Part shown: positions 7,998 through 17,083 of the stretch, piece after piece
Position numbering within the stretch: position 1 is the first letter of the stretch
Layout of the letters: every line of letters begins with the position of its first letter
IMG/VR virus record: IMGVR_UViG_3300032329_000193
Coordinates: 1-25,431 of that record
Length of the DNA stretch: 25,431 bases
Reading direction: 5' to 3' (one strand)
Source: a virus
Taxonomy: Duplodnaviria; Caudoviricetes
Made by a program: the position numbers and the translations under genes
The notes under the pieces: model-generated
The model's input: the letters and a program-made list of their open reading frames with translations, nothing else
What the model was told of the DNA's origin: nothing
Database searches by the model: none

Positions 7998-8264
7998 ATG
8001 CCTAATTTAATGGATATTGATCAAGATACGAGTTTATCAGTAGGACAGAACGGAGCTCGCTATGTGAGCACGCTGGCAACTTCAATCACTGGAGTCTTTG
8101 GCGCAATTCAAGCTACTGAAGATGCGGTATTCACATCCATCACGGCTTCTAATTGGACTGGAGATTCTCCTGCGAATTTGAAATTGCCTGCTGGAGCATC
8201 CATCTTTGGCGAGTTTACTGCTTTCACTCTTACGAGTGGAAAAGTTCTTGCTTACAATAAATAA
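7998..8264 (+). CDS. Small beta-rich virion protein, probable head-spike base or decoration protein
   Basis: 88 aa, Thr/Ala/Gly-rich, LPAGASIFG...GKVLAY; located between the capsid cluster and an LGxxLGL-leader protein. Confidence 0.6.
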   Translation: MPNLMDIDQDTSLSVGQNGARYVSTLATSITGVFGAIQATEDAVFTSITASNWTGDSPANLKLPAGASIFGEFTAFTLTSGKVLAYNK

Positions 8265-8280
8265 GCCAAGGGCTTACTAG

Positions 8281-9105
8281 ATGAGACTAGGTAATAGCCT
8301 TGGGCTATCTTCTGGTGGTAGCACCAAGTCTGTCGTGCGTACTCCTTCCGTGTTTACGTACTCGGATGCATCCACAAGCACAAGTGATGACTGGGCTCTA
8401 AGTTCGTCTAGTTATGACTCAACAAAGGATTTGACTGGGATTAGCTTCGGCACATGCGTGACCGATATTCTTACAGATGCATTTCAGAACAGAGGTTCAC
8501 TAACTTCTATTTCTTTCCAGTCTGGAGCTAGAATTAAAAGCATAGGTCAAACTGCTTTTATTGGATGCACCGAGATGACATCGTTTCCGCTGCCAAACAG
8601 CTTGGAGGTTATTCATGATAATGCGTTTGCATATTGCTCTAAACTTGCAACGGCAAACGCTCAAGCCGCCAGCCAGTTAAAGACTATTGGAATTGGTGCG
8701 TTTCAACGTACTGGATTAACCACTTTTAACATTAGGGGGAACGTCACAAAAGTGGATCACTACGCTTTCTATAACTGCACATCTCTGGCTTCAATAGGAG
8801 GAAATCCAGCATCTCTTACAACTATTGGTGACTGGGCGCTCTCGGGATGTACTTCGCTTACAACAATCAATATCCCATCGGCTGTTACAAGAGTTGGATA
8901 TAGGGCGTTTACCGATAGCCGAAACCTTGCAACAATCTATTTCTTTGGAGAGAAGCCAATCCTTAGTTACCCACCAGACGGCTCTAGCGATATTGCAGAC
9001 CTAGCTAGCGGAACCAGCGCAAACGTATCCTACTGCACTGTTAGAACAAGCTGGAGCGGAACTACTACTTTTGGTGGTAGGCCAGCATCTTCTAGAGTTT
9101 GCTAG
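8281..9105 (+). CDS. BspA-type (LRR_5) leucine-rich repeat protein, possible head fibre
   Basis: Repeats such as IKSIGQTAFIGCTEMTSFPLP, LEVIHDNAFAYCSKL, LTTIGDWALSGCTSLTTINIPSAVTRVGYRAF; N-terminal MRLGNSLGLS. Confidence 0.85.
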   Translation: MRLGNSLGLSSGGSTKSVVRTPSVFTYSDASTSTSDDWALSSSSYDSTKDLTGISFGTCVTDILTDAFQNRGSLTSISFQSGARIKSIGQTAFIGCTEMTSFPLPNSLEVIHDNAFAYCSKLATANAQAASQLKTIGIGAFQRTGLTTFNIRGNVTKVDHYAFYNCTSLASIGGNPASLTTIGDWALSGCTSLTTINIPSAVTRVGYRAFTDSRNLATIYFFGEKPILSYPPDGSSDIADLASGTSANVSYCTVRTSWSGTTTFGGRPASSRVC

Positions 9106-9112
9106 TATTTTT

Positions 9113-9358
9113 ATGAATGATGATTACGGAGATCGGAAGGCTTTGCTTGATGTGCGTGAACGTGTAATTCGCATAGAAGAAAGACAGAAGGGAGTAATTG
9201 ATATGATGCAGCTAAGCCTTAGTCGATATGCCGACCTTCATAATCGTGTCTCTTCACTTGAAATGACTAGACATAGAGTATGGGGAATGCTTGCCGTAGC
9301 TGGACTTGGTTTTACAATGCTATGGGAAGTGATTAAACAGAGGTTTTTTAAGGAGTAA
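9113..9358 (+). CDS. Coiled-coil protein with C-terminal TM helix (XhlA/holin-like), 81 aa
   Basis: ATG at 9113 is in frame with the 9071 ORF and avoids overlap with the LRR gene; VRERVIRIEERQ coiled coil then VWGMLAVAGLGFTMLWEVI. Confidence 0.65.
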   Translation: MNDDYGDRKALLDVRERVIRIEERQKGVIDMMQLSLSRYADLHNRVSSLEMTRHRVWGMLAVAGLGFTMLWEVIKQRFFKE

Positions 9359-9360
9359 TT

Positions 9361-11703
9361 ATGCCAGATATTTCCACACAACAAACATTTGCTAATGGTG
9401 ACTTGGTAACTGCCGATTCTCTTAATAACATATTGGGAGCATCATCCATTCTTCCAGAACTTGTTTCCAACAAGCCAAACAAAACAGATGTGGATGGGGC
9501 AGCAGATTTTGCTCTTATATATGACAGCGGTACTCAAACGCTTAAAAAGGCTTCTGTGACTAACATGAGAAATGCCACTGGAAGCGTTTCTTCATTAACA
9601 GTATCTGGAAAGATTACTGCGTCTGGAGGGGTTGATGGGGCGCTAACTGGAAACGTGACTGGAAACGTGACTGGCAACTTAACTGGAAATGTGACTGGCA
9701 ATGCATCCACGGCAACAGCCCTAGCCACTGGTAGAACTATTGCTCTAACTGGTGACGTTACATATACTTCTCCAGCTTTTAATGGTTCCTCAAATGTGAC
9801 CGCAGCAGCCACGCTGGCAAATACGGCTGTCACTGCTGGAACGTATGGTGGCACATCTGCTCTGACTCAAATCACTGTTGATTCAAAAGGCAGAATTACT
9901 AGCGCATCTAACGCAACTCCAGCCGACAACTTGATTACCAGTGGTATGCTTGCCACATTGAGCCCAAGTCCAGCTGGCTCATACGGAGGGGCTACAACCA
10001 TTCCAGCTATTGCTGTGAATGCGAAGGGGCAGATAACATCTGTGACTCCGACTGCTGTAAATGTTACGCAAGCTGACGGAGCTATCATAACAGCAAAGAT
10101 TGCCGATTCAGCGGTTACAAGCGTAAAGATTGCAGATGGAGCAGTCGAGACTGCTAAGCTTGCATCTGGAGCTGTAACCACAGTAAAGATTGGTGACGGA
10201 CAAGTAACTGGGACAAAGCTTGAGACAGTGACTGGGCTAACAGCAGGCACTTATGGTGGCGCATCTGTATCTCCGACAATAGCGGTTGATGCGAAAGGTC
10301 GCATTACATCAATATCAACGGAAGCAACAGTTGTAACATCCCCAAGGACAAGGGCCGTCATGTTCCCAGAAGTGCTTGGTGGTTGTTCTGGTGCTGGAAA
10401 TTATATCAACAACAAAGCAATGTTTGTTGATAGTTTTAACTTTGTCCGTAGTTCTGGATTAAATAATGTTGGAAGTCTTGGCTGGGGGCAGGATGCGCTG
10501 ACAACCGACACTCCGTATTTTATGTATTCACCAGTACCGCTAGCAACTGGTGATACAATAAAAAAGATTTACATGAATCAGTTTGGGGCATTTGTTTTAT
10601 CTACAAATGGTAAGCTTTACGGAACTGGTCAGAATGCAACTTATGGTTCTCTAGGAATTGGAGTTGCTGCTGATAGATTTGCATTTACACAAATTACAGC
10701 GCTGAGCTCATTTACTATTGTTGATTTTTCATGCGAGCAATCTACTAATGGCGCAAATTATCATTGCTTGGCAGTTACAAGCACTGGAGCTCTTTATTCT
10801 TGGGGTTACAATTTGCAGGGCCGACTAGGACTTGGTGATGCTGTAACGAGACTTACGCCAACCCTAGTAAGCGGTGGAGACATAGCTGGTAAAACAATAA
10901 AGAGATGCTTTGCCCTTAGTTGCACATCATTTGTTATTGATTCAAATAATGATTTTTATGCATGTGGATTTAATACTACTGGATGCCTAGGACTTGGAGA
11001 CTTAGTTGATAGAAATGTTTTTAGGCAAGTGCCGTCCTTAAAGGCTAATGAGATTTACTCTAATAATGGGTCTCTCACTGATGGGTATCAGATACATACT
11101 ACATATGTTTTATATAATGGTAATGTTTGGTCTACTGGGTACAACGGATTCGGAGAACTTGGAATCGGTAGTCAAGTATCCAAAAGCAGCTTCCAGCCAA
11201 TAACTGCTTTGTCTGGAGTTACTAAAATATCATCTAGCGAGGCTTACAATACTGGAAGCTCAGCTGCTGCTATTTTAACAAACGGAACTGTTAAAGTATG
11301 GGGCAGCAATAATCATGGTCAGCTCGGACTGGGATCGACCATAGATCAGCTTACTCCAGTTGCTTTGGGAGCTGGAACATATAAAGACGTTCAATTCAAC
11401 GGCGCAAGGGCTCAAGGATGCACCATATGTCTTTTACACACAGATGGAACAATGTATTCAGCTGGCTACGCACCAAGACTTATTGGAGATGGCTATACTG
11501 CTCAGAGGACTGCAATTAGTCCAGCCATGCAAACAAATGGACTTAAGTTCAAAGACTTCCGTCTTTTTGGAACAGCTGCAAATGCATTGATTCTTGCAAT
11601 AGACACGGAAGGATCGCTTTGGAGCTGGGGCTACAATGGAAATAACGTACTTGGTGTCGGTGGTGGAGCAAACGTGACGCTTCCGCAGAGAGTTATTCTC
11701 TAA
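9361..11703 (+). CDS. Tail fibre / receptor-binding protein with C-terminal RCC1/BLIP-II repeats
   Basis: AAGGAG SD; N-terminal anchor TFANGDLVTADSLN; TGNV repeats; three GxYGG...VxxKGxITS fibre repeats; DGAVxTxKIA repeats; RCC1 units such as GALYSWGYNLQGRLGLGD and GTVKVWGSNNHGQLGLG. Confidence 0.85.
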   Translation: MPDISTQQTFANGDLVTADSLNNILGASSILPELVSNKPNKTDVDGAADFALIYDSGTQTLKKASVTNMRNATGSVSSLTVSGKITASGGVDGALTGNVTGNVTGNLTGNVTGNASTATALATGRTIALTGDVTYTSPAFNGSSNVTAAATLANTAVTAGTYGGTSALTQITVDSKGRITSASNATPADNLITSGMLATLSPSPAGSYGGATTIPAIAVNAKGQITSVTPTAVNVTQADGAIITAKIADSAVTSVKIADGAVETAKLASGAVTTVKIGDGQVTGTKLETVTGLTAGTYGGASVSPTIAVDAKGRITSISTEATVVTSPRTRAVMFPEVLGGCSGAGNYINNKAMFVDSFNFVRSSGLNNVGSLGWGQDALTTDTPYFMYSPVPLATGDTIKKIYMNQFGAFVLSTNGKLYGTGQNATYGSLGIGVAADRFAFTQITALSSFTIVDFSCEQSTNGANYHCLAVTSTGALYSWGYNLQGRLGLGDAVTRLTPTLVSGGDIAGKTIKRCFALSCTSFVIDSNNDFYACGFNTTGCLGLGDLVDRNVFRQVPSLKANEIYSNNGSLTDGYQIHTTYVLYNGNVWSTGYNGFGELGIGSQVSKSSFQPITALSGVTKISSSEAYNTGSSAAAILTNGTVKVWGSNNHGQLGLGSTIDQLTPVALGAGTYKDVQFNGARAQGCTICLLHTDGTMYSAGYAPRLIGDGYTAQRTAISPAMQTNGLKFKDFRLFGTAANALILAIDTEGSLWSWGYNGNNVLGVGGGANVTLPQRVIL
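9646..9705 (+). repeat. Five 12-bp tandem repeats encoding (TGNV)n
   Basis: ACTGGAAACGTG x2, ACTGGCAACTTA, ACTGGAAATGTG, ACTGGCAATGCA. Confidence 0.9.
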
Positions 11704-11709
11704 TATCAC

Positions 11710-12429
11710 ATGAATTTGTCGTCAATGGCATCGTTTGTCTGCAATAAGGTAGGCAGAACTGATACACCTAGCATTGAGTCCTGCAAAGGATTTCTCGGCA
11801 GGAGATACGAGCTAATATGGGATAGCCAGCTTTGGAAAGACTCCATGACCACAGTAACTGTGGCTGTTGCAGCTGGACAGCAAGACGTTCAGCTTGGAAC
11901 AGACATTGACAGGGTGGTTGCAGTTCGATGCGACACTACTGGGCTAACGCCAGTACAGCAGGAAGCTGTATACTACATTGATCCGACTCTTTTTGATAAG
12001 TATGGAACACCAGCATCTTACGTAATTATGCCAGCTTCCACTACTGGGGGCGCAATTATACGCCTTGTCACTAGGCCATCCAAGGCAACCACAATAACTG
12101 TGCTTGGTAAACGCAAGGTTACATGCGTTAACCCAAGTGGAATCCTTCTGAATAGATCGTTGTCAGATTACACGGACTCACCCTATCTTAGGGGAATAGA
12201 TCATAGTCTTTTGGCTTTTGCTGAGGGTGATATGCTAACAAGAGAAAGACAATATGGGAAAGCTCAGCTTGTTTATTCAGAGGCATCTTCGACTTTAAGG
12301 ATAGCGTACAACCTAGAAATGGGCCAGCAGGCCAGCGAAGTCCAAGTATCACCAACTCATGGTGGAGAGTGGGGTCGTGATGACTGGGAGCTTGGTACAG
12401 CACTTCAAAAGAGCGACATAGGCTTGTAA
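11710..12429 (+). CDS. Head-tail adaptor protein (P22 gp4 / T7 gp11 position)
   Basis: 239 aa; helical termini around a beta insert (GTPASY...IRLVTRP); precedes the nozzle-like gene. Confidence 0.7.
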   Translation: MNLSSMASFVCNKVGRTDTPSIESCKGFLGRRYELIWDSQLWKDSMTTVTVAVAAGQQDVQLGTDIDRVVAVRCDTTGLTPVQQEAVYYIDPTLFDKYGTPASYVIMPASTTGGAIIRLVTRPSKATTITVLGKRKVTCVNPSGILLNRSLSDYTDSPYLRGIDHSLLAFAEGDMLTRERQYGKAQLVYSEASSTLRIAYNLEMGQQASEVQVSPTHGGEWGRDDWELGTALQKSDIGL

Positions 12430-12430
12430 C

Positions 12431-14092
12431 ATGCCAGTACTGGACAATACCCAGTCTGATGATCAGCTGTTATTCGAGGTTGAAGCCTCGTTTGATGGTG
12501 GAACGGATTCAAGGAATCTTCCTAGGTTATTAGGTCAAGGCCAATGTGCCGAGATGATTAACATTGATACTGCTGTTGACGGCACAGCTGTAACACGAAG
12601 AGGCACGGCAATTTGGGGTAGTTCTTTTTCTGGGTCTCCAGCTGGAACTTATCCAATTACTGGGATGGGCTTTTATAATACAAATGAAAGAACAGACTTA
12701 ATTGTTGCACGAAATGGATATTTGTATGTTAAAAGCACTACTGAGGCAAATGTTGCTTGGACTAGAATAAACTACGAATCAACCAACTTTGCATTCTCAA
12801 ACAATGTGCAGCCAGTATACTTCACAATGCTTGAGGGAAAAATGTTTTTCTCTAATGGAACTGGCGTACTGAAGTGGATAGAGCCACTTGCTGGAACTGC
12901 CAGTGGACTTGTTATTAAAGACTGCCCACAACAAGTTTTTGGGGTTTCGCCAAATACTACCACTTTACCAGCGCCATCTAACTTGATATTTCTAACTACA
13001 CACCTAGGAAGGATTTTTGCAGTCGATAATACATATCCAGATACGATCAGAGTTTCAAGCGTTCTTAGCGCATCTGGAACCATGTCTTGGAATTCAGTGG
13101 ACAGTTTAACCCTATCTGGCCTTAAGGGAATCTCGGATGGAGATGCGATTACTGGCATTGCGTCATGGACTGGGACTAGGCTGGTTGTTTTCAAGAGACA
13201 CTCCACATTCGTGGTTGATTGCGATGGTGATACCACGTATTGGTCTGTCCAAAACATTGACGAGAACGTGGGTTGCGCTTCACACAGGTCTATTGCACGA
13301 GTTGGATCAGATGTTTTTTGGTTGTCGGACGCTGGGGTTCGCACCCTAGTAAGAACTCTTGCTGGTACAGAGAATCAGATAAGCGAGCCACTAAGCAAGC
13401 CAATACAGCCACTAATAGGAGACATATATAAAGCAAGTATTGAAAGTGCTTCAGCCATATTTTTCGAGAACAGATACATCTTATCGCTTCCAAGCAAGCC
13501 AGACGCAAGCTCACGTTTTTCTATTGTATATAATACTTTGACTAGGAATTGGACTGGCAAATGGATTGGCATGGATGGGCTATGTCATGTTAGGTATACA
13601 AACGAATTTATTGATAGCATATTTATTGGGATGCCAAACGGAACTGTGATGAGATGGCTTGGTGGGCAATCAGAATCAAATGAGTATTACAACTCATATT
13701 ACGATGCAACAGTTCCAGTTTACGCAAGTCTAACTACGAGAGAATACTCATTTGGAGATTATGTTACCAAAAAATCACCATTTTCATTTGAAGTCGAGTT
13801 CCTTGAGTCATCATCCGTTGCAGATGTTTACTTGATTATGGACGGAGGATCAAAGGTTGCTGTTGTCACAGCTGCAACAGCTGCAAGCGGAATAGCTATT
13901 CCATTTATTTTGGATTCTACAAGTAGGCTTGGCACATCAAATTACAAAAGAATTGGTTTTACTCTTATAGGTAAGCCCCAGTTTAAGGGCATTCAGTTCT
14001 ACGTGGCTGCAAGAGGATCATCGCCAAAGATGGGCCTAATTTCATTGGCAATTTCTGCCTATAAAGATAACTACATACCAGTTCAATCGTGA
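12431..14092 (+). CDS. Tail nozzle / stabilization protein (P22 gp10 / T7 gp12-like beta-propeller)
   Basis: SFDGG...NID...TRRGT N-terminus; GDAITGI, LVVFKRHS and NVGCASHRSIARVGSDVFWLSDAGV motifs. Confidence 0.8.
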   Translation: MPVLDNTQSDDQLLFEVEASFDGGTDSRNLPRLLGQGQCAEMINIDTAVDGTAVTRRGTAIWGSSFSGSPAGTYPITGMGFYNTNERTDLIVARNGYLYVKSTTEANVAWTRINYESTNFAFSNNVQPVYFTMLEGKMFFSNGTGVLKWIEPLAGTASGLVIKDCPQQVFGVSPNTTTLPAPSNLIFLTTHLGRIFAVDNTYPDTIRVSSVLSASGTMSWNSVDSLTLSGLKGISDGDAITGIASWTGTRLVVFKRHSTFVVDCDGDTTYWSVQNIDENVGCASHRSIARVGSDVFWLSDAGVRTLVRTLAGTENQISEPLSKPIQPLIGDIYKASIESASAIFFENRYILSLPSKPDASSRFSIVYNTLTRNWTGKWIGMDGLCHVRYTNEFIDSIFIGMPNGTVMRWLGGQSESNEYYNSYYDATVPVYASLTTREYSFGDYVTKKSPFSFEVEFLESSSVADVYLIMDGGSKVAVVTAATAASGIAIPFILDSTSRLGTSNYKRIGFTLIGKPQFKGIQFYVAARGSSPKMGLISLAISAYKDNYIPVQS

Positions 14093-14508
14093 TGACAACT
14101 AGGGAAATAGCTGACTTTGTATGGCTAAGATGGCCACCATTTCGTGTCGATAACATCATCGATATCATTGAGTGGTATGGCGCAAACAAACTTCTTGGAG
14201 TTGTCACAGATAAGGGTGCCATCCAAGCCGTTGCAATGATTCGTATAGTTAACTCAAAAGAAGAAGGTCTCGAGCATTACAAGCATGACCCAGACGGAAA
14301 TATGATATGGGTGGACTTGATTGCATCGGATACAAAAATTTCCACGGCAGCCTTGGTCGCAATGCTGTTTGAAAACTGGGGCAAGAAACAATATGTTGGA
14401 TTTCAGAAAAGCTTGAGGAGCACGTTTACACACGTATTCCCTAGTCGCTTGCTGGATAAAGTGTTACAAAGAAGCGTAACAGCTGGACTTGTAACTCATA
14501 GGAGCTAA
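14092..14508 (+). CDS. Hypothetical protein, possibly degenerate GNAT fold (T7 gp13-like slot)
   Basis: TGATG stop/start overlap with the nozzle gene; alpha/beta pattern with MIWVDLIAS strand; lies between nozzle and internal proteins. Confidence 0.6.
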   Translation: MTTREIADFVWLRWPPFRVDNIIDIIEWYGANKLLGVVTDKGAIQAVAMIRIVNSKEEGLEHYKHDPDGNMIWVDLIASDTKISTAALVAMLFENWGKKQYVGFQKSLRSTFTHVFPSRLLDKVLQRSVTAGLVTHRS

Positions 14509-14511
14509 ATT

Positions 14512-16017
14512 ATGTCAGTGCAATTAACTAGTCATGGAGTCAATTCACCTCTTTGGAGGGCTGCATCAAGCGTGCTAAACGGAGGCGGTTCCCCGCCCTC
14601 TGCTCCACCTCCCCCTCCCCCGCCAGATTACGCAGCCTCAAGTAGGGCTGGAATTCTTACTGACGTTGACTCTCTTGCTACACGAAAGTCTATTGAGAAT
14701 GCTGCTATTTATGGGGGGTCTGCTAAAAATTACGGAGTTATAGAGCAGGACGGAAAGTACTATCAGAAATACGATGAAGATGGTAAGGCTCTAAAAAAGC
14801 CGAAGGAAATAACAAAGGAGGAAGCCTTCTCTACGTTCACCGCAGAGAACTCAACCATTGGCGCATCAGAAAAGCTCGCAGACTTCCAGAGAGCGGGGAT
14901 GGATAAGAACGCTGCGTTTGGCCTAGAGCTAGCCGATAAGTATGGCGCTAAATACGTAGACCAAGCCAAAGAATTAATGGAGAGGCTTGACCCAGAGGGC
15001 ACTGCTAATCGCAAGGAGCTCGCTGATGCGGTAAACAACAAGCTCGAGACAGTCAAGGGAGATGGGCCTGCACTTGAGGAAGTCAAGGCTGCTGCTGCCA
15101 TGGAGAAGGTTGGCAACGCAAAAGACCAAGAGAAGGTGGATGACATTGCTGCTCTGAAGCGTGGAGACGTTAATGACGGAGGCGGTAATACGCAGGCCGT
15201 CAGATCAAGACTTGAGCAGGATATTCTCGATAACCTCAAGAACGGAGAGAACTTAAGCCCAAACCAGATTAAGCAAATCGAGGAGCAGACTCGTTCTGCA
15301 CAAGTTGCCAGAGGCAATGCCACTGGTAACGCTGCTACGGCAGCCGAGATTGCATCTAAATACGACCTCGGAACTAGGATGGGACAGCAAAGAAGGGGTG
15401 AGGCCATGGGCTTGCTTACTTCTGGCCAAAGCACATACGACACAGCCAGCAAGCTTAGGCAGGAGGACAATGCCCTTACTCAGCAAGACTTGCAGAACAA
15501 GCTTGTTACCACATCTCAGCGCAATAGTTCTGCTCAGATTGATTACTCCAATTTGCTTAACTCCGTTTCGCAGAGAAATACGGCCACTCAGCAAGATTAC
15601 GCAAACGCAATAACACAAAACCAAGCAAATAACCAAATTAAGCAGCAGGGCTTCGCTAATTCCCTCACAGCCATTGGTCAGCGTAACTCTGCCGAGCAGC
15701 AGAGGGTGGCAAATATGTCGTCTTATGCTGGATTGGCTCCAGTTGGGGCTATTGCATCACAGACTCAAGGTGCTCAAGCGTCACCAGTATGGACTGGCCA
15801 GCCAGCTCAAATGATGAATTTGCTTAATGTGAACGGAAACGCTGGAAACGATGCAGCTAAGTTTGCTTTAGGAGTTTTTGATACACAAAGCAGGAACTAT
15901 GCCAGCTTGTTGAACTACAACGCATCCACATACGCAACTAATCAACAATATAACAGCCCAATGTCTTGGGTGAATACGATTGGTGGTGCTGTGGGTAACG
16001 TAGCAAAGATGTGGTAA
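14512..16017 (+). CDS. Internal virion / DNA-ejection (pilot-like) protein
   Basis: GGAG SD; GGGSPPSAPPPPPPPDY near the N-terminus; ARGNATG motif; Gln/Asn/Ala-rich helical repeats; Gly-rich amphipathic C-terminus. Confidence 0.7.
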   Translation: MSVQLTSHGVNSPLWRAASSVLNGGGSPPSAPPPPPPPDYAASSRAGILTDVDSLATRKSIENAAIYGGSAKNYGVIEQDGKYYQKYDEDGKALKKPKEITKEEAFSTFTAENSTIGASEKLADFQRAGMDKNAAFGLELADKYGAKYVDQAKELMERLDPEGTANRKELADAVNNKLETVKGDGPALEEVKAAAAMEKVGNAKDQEKVDDIAALKRGDVNDGGGNTQAVRSRLEQDILDNLKNGENLSPNQIKQIEEQTRSAQVARGNATGNAATAAEIASKYDLGTRMGQQRRGEAMGLLTSGQSTYDTASKLRQEDNALTQQDLQNKLVTTSQRNSSAQIDYSNLLNSVSQRNTATQQDYANAITQNQANNQIKQQGFANSLTAIGQRNSAEQQRVANMSSYAGLAPVGAIASQTQGAQASPVWTGQPAQMMNLLNVNGNAGNDAAKFALGVFDTQSRNYASLLNYNASTYATNQQYNSPMSWVNTIGGAVGNVAKMW

Positions 16018-16027
16018 AGGAGTTTTT

Positions 16028-17077
16028 ATGGGAATGATTAGAGATTTACTAGGAATTCAAACTGCTGACGAGCAAGCTCGCACCGAGTATTATAAAGGAA
16101 AGGGCGCAACCGAAAGAGCTCTTGCCGAGGCAAAGATGAATGAAATGGCTCGCAAGGGGCGTGGTGAGTACACGATGGACGAGCTGGCAGATATTCGTGC
16201 AAAGGGAGCCGAGACGGAGCTCAAGCAAGCGAACATTAAGAAGATTGAGCAGGAGGCTTCTGATCTTGGATACAAAAACTCTGATGACTACAGAAGGAGT
16301 TTAGCCGAAAGGGCTGTGTCAGATAAAATGAAGGTTGATGCCGAGGCAGCAAAGATTACGGCAGATGCTCAAGATCAACAGCTCCGCACGGAAAATATGA
16401 GGAAGGATCGTGAAAGAGTTGAAGACGCAGTGTATATGCAAAGCGAACTCGGTAAATCAAAGGCAGAAGAAGCATCAAGAAATGCAATGCTTAAGTCTGC
16501 TCTTCAGAAAGACCCTCAAAACCAACAGCTATTTGTTGAGGCTGCTGCATCTGATGCTCGCCTAAACACTATTGGAGAAACCATGCGTCATCATCAAAAT
16601 GTGGCGATGATTTCCATGGGCAATCAGCAACAATACCAGTCTGCCGTGCCTCAGTACTTTGCCTCACAATTCGGATACAAGGACAATGATGGGGCAAAGC
16701 AGGCCAGTGAGCAGCAGTTTAAGCAGAATTATTTTGAAGTTGAGACAACCACTGGAGGTGGAACTACTGGTGAGCCACAGAATAAAGTTAAAGCCTTCCT
16801 TCCTATCGACCGCTTGCAGAACTTTGCTGGAGGCATGCCAAATGGTGCGATGGGCGCTCAAGCTCAAGCTGATTCAATCGACTATATGAAAAATGCATTT
16901 CCGAGCGGGAACGTGCAGTATCCGCTTGGTCAGAATACGCCCGATCCAATTCAGCAAGCAAACTACGTTGCGTCTGGTGGAAGTACTATGTTTACTCCAG
17001 AACCAACGCAGGCTCCCGCTCAAAAGAAATGGGTATTTGATCCTACAACTGGTGGCATGAAACCGCAGAACCCCTAA
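16028..17077 (+). CDS. Internal virion protein (helical, putative ejection protein)
   Basis: AAGGAG SD; 349 aa charged coiled coil; C-terminal WVFDPTTG; lies between the pilot and the giant protein. Confidence 0.65.
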   Translation: MGMIRDLLGIQTADEQARTEYYKGKGATERALAEAKMNEMARKGRGEYTMDELADIRAKGAETELKQANIKKIEQEASDLGYKNSDDYRRSLAERAVSDKMKVDAEAAKITADAQDQQLRTENMRKDRERVEDAVYMQSELGKSKAEEASRNAMLKSALQKDPQNQQLFVEAAASDARLNTIGETMRHHQNVAMISMGNQQQYQSAVPQYFASQFGYKDNDGAKQASEQQFKQNYFEVETTTGGGTTGEPQNKVKAFLPIDRLQNFAGGMPNGAMGAQAQADSIDYMKNAFPSGNVQYPLGQNTPDPIQQANYVASGGSTMFTPEPTQAPAQKKWVFDPTTGGMKPQNP

Positions 17078-17083
17078 CGAGCC

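Noticed and set aside
8262-8276. TAAGCC-AAG-GGCTTA hairpin
   Set aside because: Only 6 bp with no U-tract; could be chance.
9071-9112. ORF-track start at 9071
   Set aside because: Overlaps the LRR gene; the in-frame ATG at 9113 follows its stop.
9361-11703. Diversity-generating retroelement target in the fibre
   Set aside because: No reverse transcriptase and no template/variable repeat pair seen in the window.
14591-14624. Second C-rich tract
   Set aside because: Explained by the polyproline motif, which uses mixed CCN codons.
14763-15470. 235-aa minus-strand ORF and other antisense ORFs (e.g. 12772-13344, 19324-19839, 2532-2999)
   Set aside because: Ser/Leu-rich shadows of well-supported + strand genes, with no independent motifs.
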